Of a stretch of DNA of 64,000 bases, positions 1-11,339 are shown one piece after another; the stretch's first letter is position 1, and every line of letters begins with the position of its first letter. The stretch comes from Mnemiopsis leidyi (lineage: Eukaryota). The position numbers were made by a program, and so were the translations under genes. The notes under the pieces are model-generated. The model was not told where the DNA came from and did no database searches. It saw only the letters and a list, made by a program, of their open reading frames with translations. The DNA is taken from NCBI GenBank assembly GCA_048537945.1, contig CM108484.1, positions 19,073,034 to 19,137,033 of the forward strand, written 5' to 3'.

Positions 1-539
1 AAATTTTATTCAAGCCAACAGAGGAATTCAACTGTTTGAGATTTATTTCATACCGATACGGAATTCAACCCTAACTTGAACCCTAACTCGAACGCTTGAA
101 TTGAAAATTCTACAGGTACTTCAGTCAACACTGTTCATGTTGTAAAATGGCAAAAGATTTGGTGGACTGTACAACTTTCTTCTGAGTAATGCTGTCAGAA
201 GCTGCTAGATAGCTCGAAAACCCCGTATACGGCCAAAGCACAATGATCGAATTATGATTGATCGCAATTACCAGCACTCCATCGTTTTCCTAGGTAAAAC
301 CACGAAATTGATTGCCAGCTGAAACAACAAGCAATGAAGGAGTCACTATTTAAGCAAGAATTGAAAATCATGAGTGAACGGTGTAAAGACTTCCGACGGA
401 CTAACAATCAAACAAGAAACAGTCAACCCCAGAAATGAGACCAGCACCACCTTTTATATTAAACCGACAAAATTTTACGCTCGATTCTACCGACGAAGGA
501 AAACTGAGCTACTGCGCGCGGTCAGGTGGGTGCTTGCGT

Positions 540-2300
540 CATCAAATTAACACGTGATTTTGTTACTTCAACGTTGGAGAAAGAATCACGTGGCGCGCCG
601 CACGTGGTAGCCCCTCGACCAATAATGAATCGCGGCACTTTTGTGCCGTAAAACAATCGTATTTCGCCCGACTCTCGTTCAGCTTTAGCTGCGTGAGTCG
701 GGTATCACCGCGACAATCGGAAAGAAACGCGAACGTAAAAAGATCTGCGTGGCGCCCGGCAGCGCCCGGTAGCTTTTGCCTCGCGCCCGTCCGTCCTAAT
801 TTCAAGCTAAACTCACAGGGATGTACGTATTTAGCTGAAATATAAATTATAATATCTTCATGCGTTGTCGAGGTGTTACCCAACTCGCGCGCATTTCGCA
901 GCTTGCTGCCTCCCTGGCGTTATGCGTTAGATTGTAGGTTGATAACCTACTGTCGCGGCCATCACGCGCTGTCACGCATTTCTGGCCTGGCGACTTTCGA
1001 AGAAATTCTAGACGCGCATCGCCCGTTGAGCGTTAGACGGAGATCATTTCATCAATTCCAAGCGTCACTCTTTTGATTGCAAAAGGTTCATCTTCAGTTG
1101 ACGAGATTATATGCGTCTAACGTTCTAACGAAAGCTTTAGCTGCGTGAGTCGTTGTCTCACGTTGTGACCCTTTTCAAAAAAATTTTTCAAAAATTTTTA
1201 AAAATTTGAAAATTTTTTTGAAAATAGGGTCTCAGGAATTACATTAGAAATAAGAAAATAACAGCGCCGCGCGCGCCAAAAGACCTGAATATGGAGGGGT
1301 ACGCTAGCATACCCCTCCAAAACGGCGGGAAATCCGTATTTCCTATAGCCCCCTCCGGGGGGGGGGGGGGGCGTGGCCGCGCGCTTCGCGCGCGCCGGAG
1401 GGCTACCGCTTCGCGGCAGCAGGGCTATGCAACGTGTAGCAAGTGAGTCGGGTGACAAACCTTCAGTATACTTGTACAGCAGCGCGCTCCCTCCCGTCAT
1501 TTTATTCTCCTCTATTCGCTAGTTCGAATGAGGGTCGGACAAAGTCAGACAATCAGTATACATTCACTTAACCATGTGCTTGCACACGCTACGCGCGTGG
1601 CTGCTACAGACAACCTTATAACGCATTTGCGGCACTGCGGCACTTGCGGCACTCCAATGCGGCACTTGCGGCACTCACATGCGGCACTTGCGGCACTGCT
1701 TAAATGAGAAATGCGGCACTTGCGGCACTCTCGAATAAAAAATGCGGCACTTGCGGCACTTTTAGATTGCAAATGCACGTATTAAACGTTGCCTAGCCCT
1801 GCGAAGCGGTAGCCAGGCCACGACCGGCGGCGTAAACGCATGTGATCAATGTAGTATTTAAATTTAACATTGTACAGCTCGCTCACTCCAAACACATTTT
1901 ACGCCGCGGCGTTGCTCTAACCATTAAATGCGCGTAATACTTTAAATATTATATTAGGTGAGACGAGTGACATCCGTTTATTGATTTTGTAATTAACTTT
2001 AAAAAGCTGGTAGTTGCTTGTCGAGGGTTTTATTTGACTCTTGCGCGGCTCGTAGCTTTGCTGCTCTCTCGTTTCGTTAAAACGGTAAACGGATATTATC
2101 CCGTTAAGTAGCTGCTTGTCTGGGGACCTCGGTCTAATTGTTGGAGGGATCGGAAACGTAGAGAGAGCCGCGCATTGCCTTGTAAAGTAGCTGCGCGTTG
2201 GTCAGACCCCTGGTTCATAGCATTGTCACCACGCAAGGTCAACAAGCGCGCCGCGCATTATCAAGTATGCAATCAAATTTGAATCAAGCACTCAGACGGC
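540..2300. repeat. Composite repeat cluster 1: modules of a nonautonomous foldback-like family (GTCGCGGTGATACCCGACTCACGCAG palindromic module, GTTAGACGGATATCATCTCGTCAAG terminal module, TTGTAGGTTGATAACCTACTGTCGCGG module, G-run/GGCTATGCAACGTGTAGCAA module, tandem AATGCGGCACTTGCGGCACTC x~7 at 1600-1780)
   Basis: The same modules recur at 14.9-16.6 kb, 32.04-32.13 kb, 37.4-37.7 kb and 39.6-40.9 kb in both orientations. ORF-track ORFs here (563-883, 1198-1500, 1545-1778) lie entirely in repeats. Confidence 0.55.
1465..1550. mobile_element. ~85-bp mini-element (TTGTACAGCAGCGCGC...GGACAAAGTCAGACAA) flanked by CAGTATAC / TCAGTATAC direct duplication
   Basis: The same element appears at 16568-16634, 39605-39690 (reverse complement), 40425-40500 and 40850-40930. 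The 1465 and 16568 copies show clean target-site duplications. Confidence 0.5.
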
Positions 2301-2580
2301 AAAACTATGCTTCTTGAATGCCGGAGCTCTATAATGTCCTATAATGATAAATCCTTATCTGCACTTCAATAAGTGATTAATTGATAATGGATAATTATGC
2401 CAGCATCATCTTGACGAGATTATATTGTCAAACGTTGCCTGACCTGCTGCCGCGCTTGAAAATGGGCCGCAACGCAAGGCAAAGATCAAATATCCGTTAA
2501 GGAAAAGGCAATTTTAGGAAAAGACAATTTTATTATGTTAAAAAACATTAACTCTCTATGGAATATTTCCCCACTGTGTA

Positions 2581-3723
2581 ATGGACAACGATGATTGGCC
2601 TTGTGCACAGTGTGGAAAAAACCTCAGATCAGAAGCAGAGGCTATTGGCTGTGACTCAAGAAGCTGTAATCGTTGGTTCCATCCATCCTGTCTTACTGGG
2701 CTAACTCAATTTGATGTTGATAGCAACAAGTGGTTCTGTCATCTTTGTTCTGGTAACAAAAACAAGGATCAACCCACACCTGAAAATTGTGATATCCTTA
2801 AGAACGTCAAATGGGGAGCCATCAAAGGCAAAGAGCTCCTTGATACTATCACCAGAGCATATGATGAGATTGTGACTTGGCGCCAAAATGTCTTCAAACT
2901 ACCGACTGGGAAGGCTGGAAAGACATTTCTCAAGGAATTAACCACTCTGTTCAGTCTCTTCAATAATGACACCCCATCTAAACCGATATCATTGACTCTA
3001 ATAATGATATTTTGTCCATTAATGCTTCAAAAACCATCCAAGAACTCTAAATCTAAGGACCATGCCAAGTGTCTAGAATATCGGCTGAAGCTTTGGGAAG
3101 CAGGAGATCTAGCTGGACTGCTTAGAGACGGTAGAGCTATTCAGGCACGTCTTCTGAAAGGAAAGAGGAGGCACACAGATGACCACGAAAAAAGATTCTG
3201 CAAACTTATGCTGGAAGGAAAGGTGTCAGCTGCCCTTAAATGGGTCACAGAAAGAAGATCAGGACTTCTGGAGACAAATCAAAAAGTTGTTGATGAGCTG
3301 CTAATGAAACACCCAAAAGCAGAACCTATGCACAACGATGTAGCTCTGGAGGGTCCACATTTCCTTCCACCAAAAGTAACATATCATCCAATCGATGCCC
3401 AAGCCATTTACTTAGCAGCTAAGAACACAAATGGAGCAGCTGGTCCCTCTGGAATTGATGCAGAAGGCTGGAAAAGATTCCTCTGCTCAAGATCCTTTGG
3501 AAAAGAAACCAGTAATCTATGTTTCGCCATCTCAGAATTCACTAGGAAAGTAGCATCTGAAAATCAGGACCCTGATCATCTTTCCCCATTCACAGCTGCT
3601 AGATTGATACCTCTGGACAAGGGTGATGGTAATCATGGAGTTCGTCCCATTGGGATTGGGGAAGTGCTTCGGCGCATTGTAGGAAAAGCTATCATAAAAC
3701 TGTACGACCTTATCAGATCGTAA
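2581..3723 (+). CDS. TE ORF fragment: PHD zinc finger plus N-terminal part of reverse transcriptase
   Basis: CAQCGK..C..C..WFHPSCL...WFCHLC matches a PHD finger. PLDKGDG-HGVRPIGIGEVLRRIVGKA matches RT domains 1-2. Confidence 0.55.
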   Translation: MDNDDWPCAQCGKNLRSEAEAIGCDSRSCNRWFHPSCLTGLTQFDVDSNKWFCHLCSGNKNKDQPTPENCDILKNVKWGAIKGKELLDTITRAYDEIVTWRQNVFKLPTGKAGKTFLKELTTLFSLFNNDTPSKPISLTLIMIFCPLMLQKPSKNSKSKDHAKCLEYRLKLWEAGDLAGLLRDGRAIQARLLKGKRRHTDDHEKRFCKLMLEGKVSAALKWVTERRSGLLETNQKVVDELLMKHPKAEPMHNDVALEGPHFLPPKVTYHPIDAQAIYLAAKNTNGAAGPSGIDAEGWKRFLCSRSFGKETSNLCFAISEFTRKVASENQDPDHLSPFTAARLIPLDKGDGNHGVRPIGIGEVLRRIVGKAIIKLYDLIRS

Positions 3724-4799
3724 TGTAATTGTAAAGTGATAAGTTGATATCTGAGTTAAGATGAATAATGATTGTATATTGTGTATTAACCTTGATATCA
3801 CTACAACTAAATTATAGTTTCTATTTACCTTGTAGCAATGACATGGAGAACTGACTGCGCTAGGAGATCGGAGAAGAAGAATGAAGTACTGCAGAAGATA
3901 GAGCCTAGTCCAGTGTAAGACCGATGGCAGAATCTAGCAGAAGATAAGTAAAGCAGAAGGCAGAGTCTAGCCCAGAAGGAGGCAGAAGGCAGAGCCTAGC
4001 TGAGAAGAACCACAGGGGATAGCAAAGGCAGGTCCTAGTGGTAAGTAATTTAGGTGAAATTTATTATTTGATGACTTTGGTAATTTAGGAATCCGATCGA
4101 TGTGTTTGAGAGTTTTAGTTAGTTAGGAAGTTTATGTATTTAGTTAGGAGTAGTCTTTCTTTCTTAGATTTGTTTACTTGTGTTTACTGTTACTGTAGTT
4201 GTTGTGTGTTCAGGTTCTGTTGGAGTTTTCTGTTTGGAAGTTTGGGTTTTTGGGAGAAAGTAAAAGTGTACGGGACAAGGGAAAAGTTTGTGTTAAAGGA
4301 AAGTTGGACAGTGGTCAGAGCAGGAGTTACAAGTACGGGTTACCAGCAGAAGTTGATTTTTAGAGTGAGTTACATTTACACCAAAGATGTCAAAGATTCA
4401 CCAATTTAATGTTCAAGTTTGAAGTCACGAATGACGAAGTTTTTATTTATTGTAAATTATAATTGAGAGACAATTTAGTATTACCAATTTATGTCATGTA
4501 TTATATTTTGTACAGTTAGTATTTATTTATAATTGAATCACACACACATTCACATTGAGTTTAGAGTCAGAGTAGAGTTTCACCCTGTTAGTTCGTGTTT
4601 ACTTTAGTTCAGTAGTAGTAGTCCTTGGATTAGTTAGTAGTCTCTAGTGTAGTAGTGTGTTATTCTTTTACGTGAGTTTGTATTTTGTATTTTCTTATTT
4701 ACTGTATTATGATTTTCTGATTACAGTTTATGTCTCAAGATCAAAGTGTATTATTTCTGACCACCACTCAAGTTTTAATATAACAAAAACTGCTGAAAT

Positions 4800-5319
4800 A
4801 CGATGTTGCTCAATGTACAGCTCCCATGCAACTATGTGGAGGGGTTAAGGGTGGTGTTGAAGCACTGAAGCAGCAGTCCATGGTCTCAGAGCTGTATGGG
4901 AAGACAATGAAACTGAGGCGGTGCTTCTTGTTGATGCAAGGAATGCCTTTAATTGTATGAATAGAAAAACAGGACTGCAGAATACTGGCATCATCTGCCC
5001 AGAACTGTTTACCTACCTGAACAATACATATCAGAAACCATCAGACCTATTTGTAGCTGGTTCAGAAGGGCTCAAAATCAAAAGCCAAGAGGGAACTACA
5101 CAGGGTGATACAACTGCTATGGCATTTTATGCACTGAGCCTTATGAAACTAATCAAAGATGCAAAGACCAAAGCTCCAGATGCCAAAGAAGTGTTCTATG
5201 CTGATGATGGAGCAGCAGGTGGCAAGTTAGGTCCACTTAGCCAGTTTTGGAAATACCTTCAAGAGGACGGCCCTAAATATGGATATTTTGTGAATCCCTC
5301 AAAGTCCTATCTCATCGTG
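4800..5319 (+). pseudogene. TE RT core (motifs A-E), frameshifted at its start
   Basis: AVLLVDARNAFN (motif A), FYADDGAAGG (motif C), FVNPSKSYLIVFG (motif D/E). Confidence 0.5.
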
Positions 5320-6725
5320 TTTGGAAACTATGGACTGTGTTATGGACCTGTGTTATGGACCTCTTAGAACAGGGTATTCCAGTTGATATACTATTTTTTG
5401 ACTTTAAAAAAGCCTTTGATAGAGTTCCACATAAAAGATTATTGTTGAAGCTTGAATGCTTAGGAATTAAGGGCAAAGTTTTAGATGTTATTAAAGATTT
5501 CTTGATTGGTAGAACTTTCAGGGTTTCATTGCAGGGTGAATTTTCTTCTATTAAAGATATTCTATCGGGAATACCACAGGGTTCAGTCTTGGGACCCTTG
5601 CTATTTATCTTATTCATAAATGATCTACCGGATTGTTTGAAAAGTACTGTAAAGATATTTGCAGATGACTTAAAGCTTATTGCTGATTTGTCTGATAAGA
5701 GTGTGGTTCATAGTGATTTAGTGCTATTGGAAGATTGGGAGAAAAAGTGGCTGTTGGAATTTAATACTGATAAATGTAAAGTTCTCCATATAGAACACAA
5801 TAATAATGAACATTTAGATTATGTGCTTAATGGTAGTAAATTGAAAGAAACTGATCAGGAAAAAGATCTTACCTCTGGCAACTTGCTTTGGAATGATCAG
5901 ATTGAATCATGTATTAGTAAAGCTAACCAAATGTTATGTTGGATTTCTAGAAACCTCATAAGTAGAGAGAAGTTGTTAATGCTTAGGGTGTACAAGACCT
6001 TAATCAGGCCACATCTCGAATATTGTGTTCAGCTTTGGAATCCTGCAGCAGAGCATGGAAATTGGTCTTTGATAATGAGGATTGAGAGCGTCCAGAGACG
6101 CTTTACTCGGATGATTGAAGGGGTAGGCCTTCTTCCTTACTCTGAGCGACTGCAGATTCTACAGCTGACTACCCTCGCTGAGAGACGTTCGAGAGGAGAC
6201 CTGATTGAGGTTTATAAAGCCAGCCAGGGTTTATCCCATTTATCTGGGGTCTTAAATTTTAGTAGATCAGGAGTTAATTTGGTATGTAAACCAGGGAAAA
6301 GTAAAGTTTCCAAAATTAATCGTATTCGTAGAAATTTTTTAAATGATAGGGTTATGTCATTTTGGAATAAGCTACCCATAGAGGTGAAGACTGCATTAAA
6401 TTTAAATGTTTTTAAATCTCATCTTGAGATTTTTAAGGGCAGAACTAAAGCTTTAGGAATTTGTGGTAGTGGGAACTTCTGGGATATTTCTGATGAGATC
6501 TTAAATCGTATTGAAAGTGGAAGTTATTTAGAGAATAAGATAAGACATAATACCTTTCTCAAAGATAATCCTTTTGTAGCTAGAAAAAGGTTTATCAACA
6601 TAAATTAGGATTTTGAATTTCTGTATTTTAGCTTTTAATTGAATTTTAGATTTTTTAAAGATACTTTTGGAGATTAGTTGTGATGATGCTGGCATCATTA
6701 TTTGTTATTTATTTTTTATTTATTT
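5320..6725 (+). mobile_element. CR1/L2-like LINE, 5'-truncated 3' fragment (RT C-terminal half plus 3'UTR), nested insertion with 6-bp TSD ATCGTG (5314-5319 and 6726-6731)
   Basis: ORF 5337-6608 carries FFDFKKAFDRVPH, GIPQGSVLGPLLF, IFADDLKL and the CR1-type C-terminal signature LEYCVQLWNP...ERRSRGDLIEVYK. It is about 90% identical in protein to the copy at 16640-18379. The host-element frame KSYLIV|KPGVRK is restored across the insertion. Confidence 0.7.
5337..6608 (+). CDS. LINE ORF2 fragment (reverse transcriptase, fingers-palm-thumb and C-terminal CR1 tail)
   Basis: The RT motifs and CR1 C-terminal signature listed for the parent feature. Confidence 0.7.
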   Translation: MLWTCVMDLLEQGIPVDILFFDFKKAFDRVPHKRLLLKLECLGIKGKVLDVIKDFLIGRTFRVSLQGEFSSIKDILSGIPQGSVLGPLLFILFINDLPDCLKSTVKIFADDLKLIADLSDKSVVHSDLVLLEDWEKKWLLEFNTDKCKVLHIEHNNNEHLDYVLNGSKLKETDQEKDLTSGNLLWNDQIESCISKANQMLCWISRNLISREKLLMLRVYKTLIRPHLEYCVQLWNPAAEHGNWSLIMRIESVQRRFTRMIEGVGLLPYSERLQILQLTTLAERRSRGDLIEVYKASQGLSHLSGVLNFSRSGVNLVCKPGKSKVSKINRIRRNFLNDRVMSFWNKLPIEVKTALNLNVFKSHLEIFKGRTKALGICGSGNFWDISDEILNRIESGSYLENKIRHNTFLKDNPFVARKRFININ

Positions 6726-6729
6726 ATCG

Positions 6730-7922
6730 TGAAACCAGGTGTAAGAAAAGAAGCAGAAGAACTGTTCCCAAATGTCAACATCACCACAGAAGGTAGTCGA
6801 TACCTTGGCTCCTTTATTGGTACAGAAGAAGGTACAAAAAAGTTTGTCCAAGACCAAGTCAAACTCTGGTTGAGGGATCTTGAGGGCCTATCTAACATCG
6901 CTCAACATGAACCTCACCTATCATACTGCGCCTACATTTACGGGACAAGTAAAAGATGGAATTATCTCATGAGAACTACACCTCAAATATCAGAACATCT
7001 TGAAGATATAGAATGTTACATCATCAAAAGATTGATTCCATCTTTCACAGGTCATAAAGTGGGCATTGACCATCGAGCCATATTCACCCTACCTGTTAGA
7101 CATGGTGGTTTGGCTATAGAAAATCCTGTGGAAATTGCGGATCGAGAATACCAAAACTCATTGAGAATGACAGAAGTGCTTTGGAAAGCAATTTTCAACC
7201 AAGAGCAGAGCATCAGGATAGCAGATACAGAAGACCAAAAGCTTATTGATGACATAAAGAAACAAAAAGAGGAAACATTTATTCAAGTCAAGTTTGAAGC
7301 TATAAGTCATCTGTCCCCAAAAGATGCAAGATTTGTCGCACTGGCATGTGAGAAAGGTGCATCATCATGGCTGTCAACTCTGCCACTGGAGGAATATGGC
7401 TTCTCATTGAATAAACAGGAATTCAAAGATGCTGTTGCCATGAGATACAACTTCCCAATTGAAGGTAGATCAAAAACATGCATATGTGGTGAAGAGAACA
7501 CACAAGACCATTCACTGATTTGTAAACGAGGAGGTTTCACATCAATCCGACATAACACCATTAGAGACACTACAGCAAATCTCCTGGAAAAGATATGCTA
7601 TGGAGTTGAGATTGAGCCTGCTCTCCTTCCTGTAGGAAACCGCAAGCTACCACCTGGCTCAAATGTAAAAGATGGTGCTCGATCAGACATAGTTGCTCGA
7701 GGATTCTGGACACCTTTAGATAAGGCCTATTTTGATATAAGGGTTCTTCACCCAGGGGCTAAATCTAATGAGAACAAATCCTTCGACAAGATGTACAATC
7801 AGCACGAGGAGGAGAAGAAGAGGCAGTACAACAGCCGAATCCAAGACATAGAACATGGAACCTTCACTCCGCTTGTTTTCTCGACCTCAGGAGGAATGTC
7901 CATGAAGGAGGAATGTCCATGA
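6730..7922 (+). CDS. TE ORF fragment: RT thumb plus CCHC / REL-endonuclease-like C-terminus of the RLE-type element
   Basis: CICGEENTQDHSLICKRGG (C..C...H....C) followed by RSDIVARGFW ... YFDIRVLHP. Confidence 0.45.
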
Positions 7923-8482
7923 AGAAACTTAGTGAGGGACTGAGCTTCAGGACCCAACAAGCTTACCCAGACACTATCAATTATGTAAGGAGAAGGCTAA
8001 GGTTTGAACTTCTGAAGACCACCCTTATCTCCATCAGAGGACACCGAGGAAGGTTCTTCCAGAGACCAATCGACCTAGAAGAGATTGATCTTAACTTAAT
8101 AGCAGACTATAGAGTCAAAGACTAAAGAGTTAATCATTCTGAAGAGAGAAGAAAGAAGAAAATAAGATTTTAAATTATTTTAGGTAGATTTATTCAAATT
8201 GGGTTTTAAAGGGTAATTTATTATTTTTAATTGATACTGTATTTTAGGAGGAAGCTCCGGTCAATGATGAAGCAAGACTCCTTGAGTGTGAGGCCGTGAG
8301 CTCCCTCCCCCTTTTTTTAAAAAAAAAAAAAAAAAAAAATTTATTTCATTTTTACGTCTGATAATAGTACATTCAATTAAAATATATTTAGTTTATTCCT
8401 CCAGTTATTTAAAAATCCGCTTTCCGTCACTCACATTTGTGAGCATACAAACTTTGGCTTAACATCTTAAAATTTCCGATTT

Positions 8483-10700
8483 ATGCCAGAGAGCAGCAAA
8501 GCTTTCTCCAAACTTCCTGAAGTAGGAAAAGTCACTCCAGTGCATAAAAAGGGGATCTACAATTATTTGATAACCATAGACCTATATCTATATTACCAAT
8601 ATCTGGTGGGATATATTCTAGACTCTGCAGCTTCTTTGCATCTCAAATGGTGGTTCATGACAAATAATTTGGATTTAGAGCCAACCACTCAACAGCTTAT
8701 CACTCATGCTGTTAATTACTCTTTCAACCATATTCTTGATAACCTGGAGAAGAAGAACTATGTTATAGGAACTTTCATTGATCTTAGTAAAGCTCTTGAC
8801 ACTATTTTGACCATGAAAAATTCCTTGTAAGATTAGAACGCTATGGCATCAGGGGTGCTTGTCTTGAACCTATAAGAAGCTATCTATGTGGCCGACAGCA
8901 ATATACTAACTTCTAGAATACACATTATGAAAACTGTAAGATTAACTATAGTGTCCCTTAGGGAGTTGCCTTTGGGGCTTGGTCCTCTTCTGTTCCTACT
9001 GTATATCAATGACATTACAAATGCCAGTAACCTTGGACATTTTATATTATTTGCAATCAAACAAGAAAATTTCAATCAAACAGGAAAATTTTTTTCACAA
9101 CAATTACAGGATGTATACGATTAAGATTAAAACTCCTTTAAACTTAATTTTTATTCAGTTATTTGTCGAGTTACAGATTTCCTAGATTGATTTTAATCGT
9201 TCAGCCGGACAATTTTAATTGACGAGTAATTTACACCACTTGTACTAACACAACATAGTAGGAATTAAGGTTGCACATACAATAGGTCAATATGACAATG
9301 GCGACGCCAAGCAGACTCGAGATTATTAAAATGAACAACGAAATGAACAGGCGATTGTGTTCAAACTTTGCGCGTGCAGTGCGGAGTTTTTAAAATGCGG
9401 AGTTTTTTAAATCATGCATCGAACGGCTGCATTACTTCGCGCGTCTGTATTAACAAGTGCAGAAAAATTAAATTGACCGAAATTACTGGTTTTTGGTTTG
9501 AGAAATGCGAGTTGCCTGATGCATATTTTGATTCCTCATTCGGCGAATTGTAATAAAAATAAGGGACGTCGCGATACCGGAAATTAAGCGGTTGCCTGAC
9601 ACAAATCTTGTTTTATTTTATAATTCAAATCTTAGCTCATGACATGATTTTGGAAATGTGGCATCATGTTTCATGGTTCAGCCCGACCTTATAAAATTAA
9701 AAACCGTTCACGATGCCACCACGACACGACACCTAACCGCTCAATACTCATGTGAAAAATTTATGAGTATGTCCAATTGCTACTAAAGGCTGGGTGGAAA
9801 TATAACACCCGCCTGTCGGGAATAACAGGCCTAATTCTTGTTTTATTGGTACCATTAATACATAAAAATCGCTGATATAACAATTGAAAAGAAAATTACA
9901 CGAAGAAGTTAGCGTTATCAGTTTTACAAGACAGATGATACCAACATATTTGCGGATGATACTTACATATTTGTAACTGGTAAAAGTGAAGTAGAGGTTC
10001 ATTTTCATGCTAATCAGGTTCTTAGAGCAATTAATGACTACATGGCATCCAACAACATTGGTCATGCATCGCATGAAATATATCGAGTCACTGGCCATAG
10101 GTGGTCTTCATCTTTACATATGATATTTGTAATTTAATAAACCAAAATTTAATTGTTCTAAATGTTCTTTTCTCATATAAATATCAGTAAATCAGTTTAC
10201 ATGCTTTTTCCAACTTAATAGAAACTCCTACTGTGCTTGTGCACGTGAATATAATGGTCATCAACCCCTAAAACTGTCGGATATTGAATTAACTCATAAA
10301 GAAGGGGTCACATTTTTAGGTGTTATAATTGATTCTGGGCTTCATGGGAACCCATGTTGAAAAACTTCAAGCTAAACTTGCATTCAGTGTAAATGCTGTA
10401 ATTAAGGGTATCATGAAGTTTATTTTACACCAGAGTTATTGTATAAGTTGTTGGGGTGGAGTCACAACTTATAGGTTATCCAAGCTGTTCACACTTAAGA
10501 AACGATGTGTCTGCCTCCTCTTTGGAACTAAACCTACTTTTGACAATACTGTATTCTATGAAACTTGTGTTAGAGCCAAAAGAATCTCTGGCCACATGGC
10601 CAAGAAAAATTACTTGCTCGAAAAATCCTTTCCTATCTTTAACAAGGAGAAGATCTTGTCAGATACATAATTACAGTCATCCCCCGATTTACCGGGCCTT
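8483..10700 (+). mobile_element. Degenerate LINE RT remnant (same family as the full-length LINE at 53-58 kb), frameshifted and interrupted
   Basis: LSKALDTI and LPLGLGPLLFLLYINDI (8483-9000); FADDTYIFVTGKSEVE at about 9930-10100; C-terminal region 10329-10670 similar to ORF 53273-54706. Confidence 0.45.
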
Positions 10701-10982
10701 ATTCCTTTCCCCCGAAATTTATTTTATTTCCAAGGCAACTGTTAAATTTTGTTGTCAAAACTATGTAATACAGTCAGACTAACAATTTTTACTTGTTTAA
10801 CATTGTTCCAATGACAAAAAGACGGTATATAGACACATAAGACGGTATATAGACCAATAAGAGACAATTTAGTCCCAATTACGGCCACAAATGGCACTCC
10901 CCCGATTTACCGGGTCCCCCGATTTACCGTGCATTTTTGCTTTCCCCCGAAAAGCCCGATAAATTGGGGGATGACTGTAGTA
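10673..10982. mobile_element. MITE-like element with ~25-bp TIR (TACAGTCATCCCCCGATTTACCGGG ... CCCGATAAATTGGGGGATGACTGTAG) and internal CCCCCGATTTACCG repeats
   Basis: Terminal inverted repeats read directly from the sequence. Confidence 0.45.
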
Positions 10983-11127
10983 TGTGCAATGAACTGTTCA
11001 AAGTCGTTAAAAATCGCCAACCAATATCCCTAGCTAACTTGTTTTAATTAAGTTTGAGGTCTACCCGTTTTCTTATATAAATACCACAATGTAAACTCGA
11101 TTTGTCTATGCATAACTTTGTTTATAT

Positions 11128-11170
11128 CACCAGTCCCTCTCCCTCTCCCTCTCCCTCTCCCTCTCCCTCT
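11128..11170. repeat. (CCCTCT)n microsatellite
   Basis: Seven or more perfect hexamer units. Confidence 0.9.
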
Positions 11171-11339
11171 CACATCTCTTAAATCGAGTTCATTTGATTC
11201 TTGAATCCTAGAAGCTAAGATCTGAAGCAGTTAAGAGACTAATTTAAGATTATTGATTATGTTATTTACTTGTCCATTAACAGTCGATTACTCGATTAAT
11301 TATACTAATGGCATCAAAGATTTCACTGCAACGCTACCG

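Larger units (their letters stand above)
2300..8340 (+). mobile_element. Non-LTR retrotransposon of the restriction-like-endonuclease (R2/NeSL-type) architecture: N-terminal PHD finger, RT, C-terminal CCHC plus PD-(D/E)xK-like nuclease, A-rich tail at 8318-8340. Interrupted by about 1 kb of unrelated sequence (about 3724-4790) and by a nested CR1-like LINE fragment (5320-6725)
   Basis: ORFs 2581-3723 (C4HC3 PHD; RT motifs GPSGID, PLDKGDG..VRPIG), 4800-5317 (LLVDARNAFN, FYADDGA, NPSKS) and 6730-7922 (RYLG.FIG; C..C..H....C then RSDIV...DIRV nuclease-like). The frame resumes exactly across the nested insertion. Poly(A) at 8318-8340. Confidence 0.5.

Noticed and set aside
563-1778. ORF-track ORFs 563-883 (-), 873-1076 (+), 1198-1500 (-) and 1545-1778 (-)
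   Set aside because: They lie entirely within palindromic and tandem repeat modules (for example, the CRKCRI repeats are the GCGGCACTTGCGGCACTC array), and carry no domain signatures.
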